From a virus (taxonomy: Duplodnaviria; Caudoviricetes): DNA of 64,000 bases. Below the pieces are notes generated by a model. It saw only the letters and a list, made by a program, of their open reading frames with translations. It was not told where the DNA came from and ran no database searches. A program made the translations under genes and the position numbers. Positions within the stretch are counted from its first letter, which is position 1. Every line of letters begins with the position of its first letter. The stretch covers positions 64,001 through 128,000 of IMG/VR virus record IMGVR_UViG_3300028832_000095, one strand, 5' to 3'. Below, piece by piece: positions 58,340 to 64,000 of this stretch.

Positions 58340-58945
58340 ATGTTTGTTGAATTGAAAAGTTATGTTGCGGATACATTTTCAGTATCCGCTGATAGTATAT
58401 CCGAATCAATGTTTATACTTCCATATGATGAAGGTTCTTATCAAATAAATGAACAAATAGAAGATCCAATAAAAACAAGTATATTCTATAATGTAGATAA
58501 AGAGAATGGAATAATCAAATCAAGTATTTGTTCTGATATAGAGTATATTCCTGGTGAAGGTTATGTTAGTTTCAAATCTGCTGAGATAGAGGATTATAGA
58601 AGTTCAAGAAAACAAGAATTTTCTATTCCACAAGAACTGTTAGACATAATACCAAAAAGAGATGAACAGGGTAAAAAAGGATCTTCCGGAGCAAAAGCAC
58701 CCGTTGGTAGTTCATATTATATATTCGATGACGGAACTAATTTTACAGAAATTACATCATATGAGAATCTTGCAGATGCCGTGGATGATGAGAAACAAAG
58801 AGGCAATATATTCACAAAAACAAATATAATAGGACGAAGCGGAGGAATCTTATATATTCAATCTTGGGGATTCCAAAACATATACAAAATGATTCCATAT
58901 ATACAATTCATTCCAAGAAAGTATTTCCTATATACCGGAGAGTAA
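58340..58945 (+). CDS. hypothetical protein
   Basis: 201-aa ORF. Confidence 0.5.
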   Translation: MFVELKSYVADTFSVSADSISESMFILPYDEGSYQINEQIEDPIKTSIFYNVDKENGIIKSSICSDIEYIPGEGYVSFKSAEIEDYRSSRKQEFSIPQELLDIIPKRDEQGKKGSSGAKAPVGSSYYIFDDGTNFTEITSYENLADAVDDEKQRGNIFTKTNIIGRSGGILYIQSWGFQNIYKMIPYIQFIPRKYFLYTGE

Positions 58946-59076
58946 GAAATATTCAGTTTAGGTTATAATTTTAATCAGTATTAAACACAAAAAAACCCCA
59001 AGACTTTACATTAAGTAGTGAACAGCAATTATGTTCACTACTTAATTTTTTGTAATATGAAAGGAATTGATTATAT

Positions 59077-59655
59077 ATGATAAGAAGATTGAATGAGAAT
59101 AATGCCCGTGAAGAAATGATAAAAGATGATATTGAATACATAACAAAACAGGGTGGAGATATTTATGAGGTAGCCGATTATCTTGAAAATCTTGGATTTG
59201 AAGAAGGTGGAAGCACCGCACTTAAAGATAACCAAACAGGTAAAACAGAAATAACAACATTTTACAAAGATAGCGGTAGTAATATGTCTGTTGGTGTTAC
59301 ACATGAACCTTTATATAAAGGAGGAATGGTTCTAGGTACTCGCTTTACATATGGTGGAGGAACTAGAAATAAACTTGAATCTGTAAGAAGAAAACGTATT
59401 GTAAAAGAATCAGCAAAAACAGAAAAATTTGAAAAAATACTTGATATGCTTAGTGGATTAGGTTATGAGGGTAATGTAAATATTGTTGAGGCAGATCTAT
59501 CGAAAGGTAAAACAGTAGGAACTGTTAAAATTTTCAGATCTTCATATAGAATAGATTCTGATACATATGATGAAGACGATATTCTAAATGCCACCTGTTT
59601 AGGTCTTTCTCAAAAGAATGGCGGGGCTATTGATAGATTTTATATTTCTATCTAA
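59077..59655 (+). CDS. L-x-E leader family protein
   Basis: MIRRLNE; linker LESVRRKRIVKES. Confidence 0.7.
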   Translation: MIRRLNENNAREEMIKDDIEYITKQGGDIYEVADYLENLGFEEGGSTALKDNQTGKTEITTFYKDSGSNMSVGVTHEPLYKGGMVLGTRFTYGGGTRNKLESVRRKRIVKESAKTEKFEKILDMLSGLGYEGNVNIVEADLSKGKTVGTVKIFRSSYRIDSDTYDEDDILNATCLGLSQKNGGAIDRFYISI

Positions 59656-59773
59656 GTTGATCTTTATTAAACACAAAAAAAAAACAAAGAATAACAATAT
59701 CCATGTAGACTGATATGGTAAACAGTTTACATTGATATTTTTCAGTAATATGAAATAGAAAGGATAATGATAT

Positions 59774-60316
59774 ATGATTAAGAGATTGAATGAAATTACG
59801 GACGGAAAAACTTTTCTTGAAAAATCTATAGAACTCGCAAGGTGGTTATACGGTCATACTGCAAATTATGAAATGTCATCTGAGAGTAGACTGGATTTAC
59901 AGATGGAGCTTTCTAAACTTATTGCAATGATTGAAGGAGCAAATAATTATTATTTAGATGTAAAGAAAGAATCTAAATCAAGAACTAGAAAAAGAAGTAT
60001 TAAAGAAGGAATTGAACAAGTAGATGGCTATGCTGTTCAAATACATGATATGGGTAAGGGTTATATTCATCTTCTTCTTTTTAATGACGAATCGACAGCA
60101 GAAGAAGTATTAGAGTCACTTGAATATTTAGAATCAGCAGAAGATATTGATGAAGAAATGTTTTATGCCGAAGTTGATTATAATGTTGATATTGCCGATG
60201 ATGTTGTAAATGAAATTGATTGGAGAAGAGAAGTTGATAATAACGATGTATGGACTGCCTCTGACGATACAAAATACAAAATTATTGGCAGTGTTGATCT
60301 TTGGTTGTATTGGTAA
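59774..60316 (+). CDS. L-x-E leader family protein
   Basis: MIKRLNE; linker KKESKSRTRKRSIKEG. Confidence 0.7.
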   Translation: MIKRLNEITDGKTFLEKSIELARWLYGHTANYEMSSESRLDLQMELSKLIAMIEGANNYYLDVKKESKSRTRKRSIKEGIEQVDGYAVQIHDMGKGYIHLLLFNDESTAEEVLESLEYLESAEDIDEEMFYAEVDYNVDIADDVVNEIDWRREVDNNDVWTASDDTKYKIIGSVDLWLYW

Positions 60317-60333
60317 TTTCACATCATTGTTAA

Positions 60334-60442
60334 TTAGTAATAATACACAAAAACTTCCTAATTTATGTTAGGAAGTTTTTATTTTTCTATTTCAGGAAAA
60401 CACTTGACTTTTTAGATTGTTTGTGTTATACTATATTTACAG
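60334..60442 (+). promoter_or_regulatory. palindrome + terminator + sigma-A promoter module
   Basis: AAAAACTTCCTAA/TTAGGAAGTTTTT; TTGACT(60404)-N17-TATACT. Confidence 0.85.
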
Positions 60443-60469
60443 TAATACGTTTTAGGAGGTAACTGTAAT

Positions 60470-60718
60470 ATGCCTAATATCAAAAAACAGGAAGTAGAAT
60501 TTCTCCGGTCACTGGTTGATAAGATTGAGAACTGTAAAGATATGGAACAGGAAGCGTTCACTCTCCAAACAATCCTGAACAGACTTGATGCTAAACAGGA
60601 AGAAGCAAATAAAAGAACTCTTGAAATTGTTACAGAGAAGAGGGAACAAGATCCTTGTTACGGCAGATCAAAAGAAGAAAAGGAACGGATTAAGAATAGA
60701 AAGCGAGGTAAGAAATAA
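60470..60718 (+). CDS. hypothetical early protein
   Basis: AGGAGG RBS. Confidence 0.6.
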   Translation: MPNIKKQEVEFLRSLVDKIENCKDMEQEAFTLQTILNRLDAKQEEANKRTLEIVTEKREQDPCYGRSKEEKERIKNRKRGKK

Positions 60719-61308
60719 TGGAATCCTATGTAGTGATGGAACTTGAAAAAGAAAGACAGAAGTTATATGATGAATTCAGATCTATTGAGATTAGACTTTG
60801 TGCAATTACAAAGGAACAAATCGAAGAAAGAAAAAGAGCTATTGAGAATCCGGATAATGGATTGGTTTATATTCTGAATGCTTGTAGAGATTACTTAAAG
60901 GCATCGGATCAGTTGGAACACAGTAAATGTATCAATAGGGCAGAAGTACATCTTGCAGATTTCTTTGGAAGTAAGCAAGTATCTGTTGCTGACATTATTG
61001 GTCATGGATATGACGATAGAGAGATTACAATTAGATTCACTTGTCGGGAAAGTAATCTTGAATGGGAACTTGTAATTGCAAATCCAGAAAGTAATTATCG
61101 GATCAATGATAAGTCTGTTATTTATGCTACATATAATGATTATCTTAAAGTATTTTCTCTTACGGCAACTTTAAGGTACATAAAAAGATCTTCTGAATAT
61201 GCATCCTATTCTGTATCATTCAAAGATATATTTCTTGATAAAGATTTCCAAGAAGTTGTGATTAAAACAAATAAGGAGGATATTGAAAATGGCACTGATG
61301 AAGATTGA
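60718..61308 (+). CDS. hypothetical protein
   Basis: Coupled ORF. Confidence 0.6.
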   Translation: MESYVVMELEKERQKLYDEFRSIEIRLCAITKEQIEERKRAIENPDNGLVYILNACRDYLKASDQLEHSKCINRAEVHLADFFGSKQVSVADIIGHGYDDREITIRFTCRESNLEWELVIANPESNYRINDKSVIYATYNDYLKVFSLTATLRYIKRSSEYASYSVSFKDIFLDKDFQEVVIKTNKEDIENGTDED

Positions 61309-61591
61309 TTCCGGTAGAGTTAGTGCGGTAGGTCTTTTGACTTCCTCACTGGATTTGTTTAATATCTCATATGAGGTTTATTATGTTGCGGATCAGAATG
61401 GCTTTATGGTTGTATTCCCTAATTTGAAAGATCGTAAAGGTGATGTTGTTCTACACGATTTTTCCTACGGTCACGAAGGTAATCTGTTTGAAGGTTATGG
61501 GGAAATGAGTACAGTTGATGGAGATGTTTGTGTGTTTGAAAGTCTTGGGGAGATTGTAGAACTCGCAAAGCAGAAAGGTTTTTATTTTTAA
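61289..61591 (+). CDS. hypothetical protein
   Basis: AAGGAGG RBS; HDFSYG motif. Confidence 0.6.
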   Translation: MALMKIDSGRVSAVGLLTSSLDLFNISYEVYYVADQNGFMVVFPNLKDRKGDVVLHDFSYGHEGNLFEGYGEMSTVDGDVCVFESLGEIVELAKQKGFYF

Positions 61592-61604
61592 GGAGGAAGA
61601 ATAA

Positions 61605-62117
61605 ATGATACCGTTAATTAAAGAAGATAGTTTTATGGAAATGGCGAAACTGATTCCAGATTATGCCGATGAATTGCTTTGTGGAGACTTTGGAGATTTT
61701 ATATATTTTTCTCCAAAACTACATCCGGCAGGTCCAAGAGTAAAGTTCTATGGTGGAACCAAAGAAACATCGACAACAAGAAAAGCACCTACACTTGCTT
61801 TTACAAATACAGGTGAAACAACTCTTGAATTAGCTAATTGGATGAACAAGAAGAATTGTCCAAATGCATTTGATTCTGAATATGTTGAAAAAGTACATAA
61901 CTTTGTAAACAGACTTCTTCCGATTCTACTTCTTGTTTGGTATGGGAAATTAGACGAAGCCCGCGCATTGAAGTATTTTGAAGGGGCTATTACATTAACA
62001 AAATTATTGTCGTATCTTAGGGAGATTCCTGAAAATCATCTTAAATATCTAAGAACTTGTGAGACATTGGATCAGATACAGGAATATTGTTTGAAGAATA
62101 ACCTATATAAATCATAA
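61605..62117 (+). CDS. hypothetical protein (possible L-x-E leader: MIPLIKE)
   Basis: AAGGAGG RBS. Confidence 0.6.
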   Translation: MIPLIKEDSFMEMAKLIPDYADELLCGDFGDFIYFSPKLHPAGPRVKFYGGTKETSTTRKAPTLAFTNTGETTLELANWMNKKNCPNAFDSEYVEKVHNFVNRLLPILLLVWYGKLDEARALKYFEGAITLTKLLSYLREIPENHLKYLRTCETLDQIQEYCLKNNLYKS

Positions 62118-62131
62118 GGAGGAAAAAATAA

Positions 62132-62602
62132 ATGAGATTTGTTTCAGAACTGGAATATGACAGATGGATTACAGATATGTATGATTCATATCAAAATAGA
62201 GGTAAAGAGTTTACTAATGTTCGTGTTCTAACTTTACAGGAAAGAGAAGCAACAAAAAGAACAATTATTATGAATATTATGACAGGAAGAACATCAGTCG
62301 CAAAATGCCACAAAGATGATAAATTCTCTTATACTATTGGAGTAGCAATCGCTTGGGCAAAATATAGGAACATGGAAATTCCTATTAAATCTAGTATTGT
62401 CAGTATCCATGATCTTGAACCCGGAGATGAATTCTATTTCAGACATAATTTCTCAAAGTCACACATTTTCATCGGTTTCCACTCTAACGGAGTTGAAGGA
62501 GATGATGTTATTCTATATAAGAATACAAGAAAGTCGAAGAAGATTGAAATTGAACCCTTGTCACAGTTCAAAGAACCGTTGACAGTTTATAAGGTATTTT
62601 GA
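62132..62602 (+). CDS. hypothetical phage protein
   Basis: VAKCHKDDKFSYTIGVAIA motif. Confidence 0.6.
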   Translation: MRFVSELEYDRWITDMYDSYQNRGKEFTNVRVLTLQEREATKRTIIMNIMTGRTSVAKCHKDDKFSYTIGVAIAWAKYRNMEIPIKSSIVSIHDLEPGDEFYFRHNFSKSHIFIGFHSNGVEGDDVILYKNTRKSKKIEIEPLSQFKEPLTVYKVF

Positions 62603-62618
62603 GTGGAGGTAAATAATT

Positions 62619-63101
62619 ATGAAGAAAACAATTGAAGTAGAAGTTCCTATTACAGTAGATGATATTGTAGAATTCCTTTCATCCGGATCAGCATCAGCAG
62701 TAAAGGAACTAGCAACTAAACTTAGCATTAATACTTTGTCTTATTTTGCATCACGATATGTAAATAGAGTAAATGAAGAAGATCCGGAAACATATGAAAA
62801 ATTCGTACAGTATCTTCCTACAATTAAGCCCACAGTAAAAACAGAGTCAAAGAATATGGAAGATAAAAAAGAAGAACAGAAACCAAAATATGAGCTTGGA
62901 TACAGGTTTAAGATACAGTTGACAAATATATTCGGTAATAAGAGTGAAACAGAGTGTTGTATCTCAGCGATTACAAGAACAGAGAGATATGGAAGATATA
63001 GATATTCATACACAATCTCAACAAACAGATTTCCTTATGAGTGGACATGGGATGAAAATACGTTGAGGAAGTACATAGAGGATGGAAAGACATTCTTGTG
63101 A
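62619..63101 (+). CDS. hypothetical protein
   Basis: GGAGG RBS. Confidence 0.6.
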   Translation: MKKTIEVEVPITVDDIVEFLSSGSASAVKELATKLSINTLSYFASRYVNRVNEEDPETYEKFVQYLPTIKPTVKTESKNMEDKKEEQKPKYELGYRFKIQLTNIFGNKSETECCISAITRTERYGRYRYSYTISTNRFPYEWTWDENTLRKYIEDGKTFL

Positions 63102-63211
63102 AAAGTATACAAAAATACCCACATAACTTTGTGGGTATTTTTTATTCTAATTTTTTCTAAAACACTTGACATTTTACTATAAATATGTTATACTATATTT
63201 GTAAGGTTAAG
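63096..63211 (+). promoter_or_regulatory. palindrome + terminator + sigma-A promoter module
   Basis: TTGTGAAAAGTATACAA; AAAAATACCCACA/TGTGGGTATTTTT; TTGACA(63166)-N17-TATACT. Confidence 0.85.
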
Positions 63212-63238
63212 GTGTTACACGCGAACAGGAGGTACAAT

Positions 63239-64000
63239 ATGAAGACTTATACAACAACAAAGGTTAAGTTCACCGAACTGGAAAAGAAACTCAACAGATT
63301 GTTCAAGAAACTGGATGCAATCGGTGCAGACTACACATTCAATAAGATCAGAGACTTCGCAGATGATGTTCCTGTTTACGCAATTGATGAGCTCACTCAG
63401 ACCAAAGTTAAGGTTGATACTGTTAAGGTTGAGTGTGTTGAATTTGAACTGGATTTCGACACATACAAGGTTGGAGATTACAGAGTAGCAGCAGTTCTGG
63501 AAAGAACAACTGATGAGAATGACAACCTTGTTTACACTCTGGATGAAGCACTGGATTATAAGAAATATGCCCATACCGCACTCCGTTGCGATCACTGCCA
63601 TACTGCACATAACAGAAAAAGAGCAATCGTACTTATCGACAATAATAATGGTAATGAAATCGTAGTCGGTAAGACCTGTGTAAAGGACTTCATTGGTATT
63701 TGCACAGATACTTTTAGCAATTACCTTTACGGAATCACTGAGATCCTGAATGACATTGACGATGGGATTTGGGATAACGAAATGCACCTTTACACAAGAG
63801 TTATTGATCATGTTGAGTATCTGGCAAGATGCATCGAACTCACAGAGAAAAAGGGTTATTACAAGAGCCTTAAAGCAGATTCCCTTTACAACCTCAAGAA
63901 CCATGTTAATGATAAGTATTATGATCTTGCTAAGAAGGTAGTAGACTTTTACGAGAACTATGAGACTGTTGACAACTTTGAACACAATATTCGGATGTTC
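63239..64000 (+). CDS. early phage protein with Cys motif (3' partial, not in ORF track)
   Basis: AGGAGG RBS; MKTYTTTKV..CDHC..VGKTCVKDFIG; open to window end. Confidence 0.8.
   Translation, partial: MKTYTTTKVKFTELEKKLNRLFKKLDAIGADYTFNKIRDFADDVPVYAIDELTQTKVKVDTVKVECVEFELDFDTYKVGDYRVAAVLERTTDENDNLVYTLDEALDYKKYAHTALRCDHCHTAHNRKRAIVLIDNNNGNEIVVGKTCVKDFIGICTDTFSNYLYGITEILNDIDDGIWDNEMHLYTRVIDHVEYLARCIELTEKKGYYKSLKADSLYNLKNHVNDKYYDLAKKVVDFYENYETVDNFEHNIRMF

Noticed and set aside
63215-63985. 256-aa minus-strand ORF and other minus-strand ORFs (e.g. 33379..34146, 25462..26109)
   Set aside because: Antisense shadows of + strand genes that have promoters and RBSs.
1-64000. Stop-codon reassignment
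   Set aside because: Long conserved genes are intact in the standard code and no suppressor tRNA is present.

Overview
64 kb of a large, AT-rich dsDNA phage genome. The host is most likely an anaerobic Firmicute (Clostridia-like), inferred from sigma-A promoters with extended -10, AGGAGG ribosome-binding sites and a class III RNR with fused glutaredoxin. Essentially all genes are on the + strand in the standard code. Content: a recombination/replication block (Cas4/RecB-like nuclease, RecU-like, RecA, UvrD, HD hydrolase, a complete DnaX/HolB/HolA clamp loader with an Ala-starting class 3 intein), a tRNA operon (6.0-8.1 kb), a putative transcription block (sigma-like, Mor-like, HU-like), PhoH, a Clp AAA+ ATPase, nucleotide metabolism (5'-nucleotidase, deaminase, Dcd, ThyX, intein-containing NrdD) and about 90 small accessory ORFs arranged in cassettes bounded by a repeated palindrome/terminator/promoter module. 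Two candidate undescribed systems stand out. (1) The tRNA operon also carries non-canonical RNAs: a 154-nt tRNA-Leu-like RNA with an 81-nt branched variable arm, a 118-nt CCA-ended tRNA mimic, a long-arm tRNA-Ile(UAU), and multibranch spacer RNAs displaying anti-Shine-Dalgarno loops. (2) A dispersed family of small proteins shares a basic L-x-E leader and internal xES-basic-[LIV]KE linkers under a distinct A-tract/ACAATA/hairpin leader, suggestive of head-packaged polyproteins cut by a prohead protease. All calls were made by eye, without database searches or folding software.
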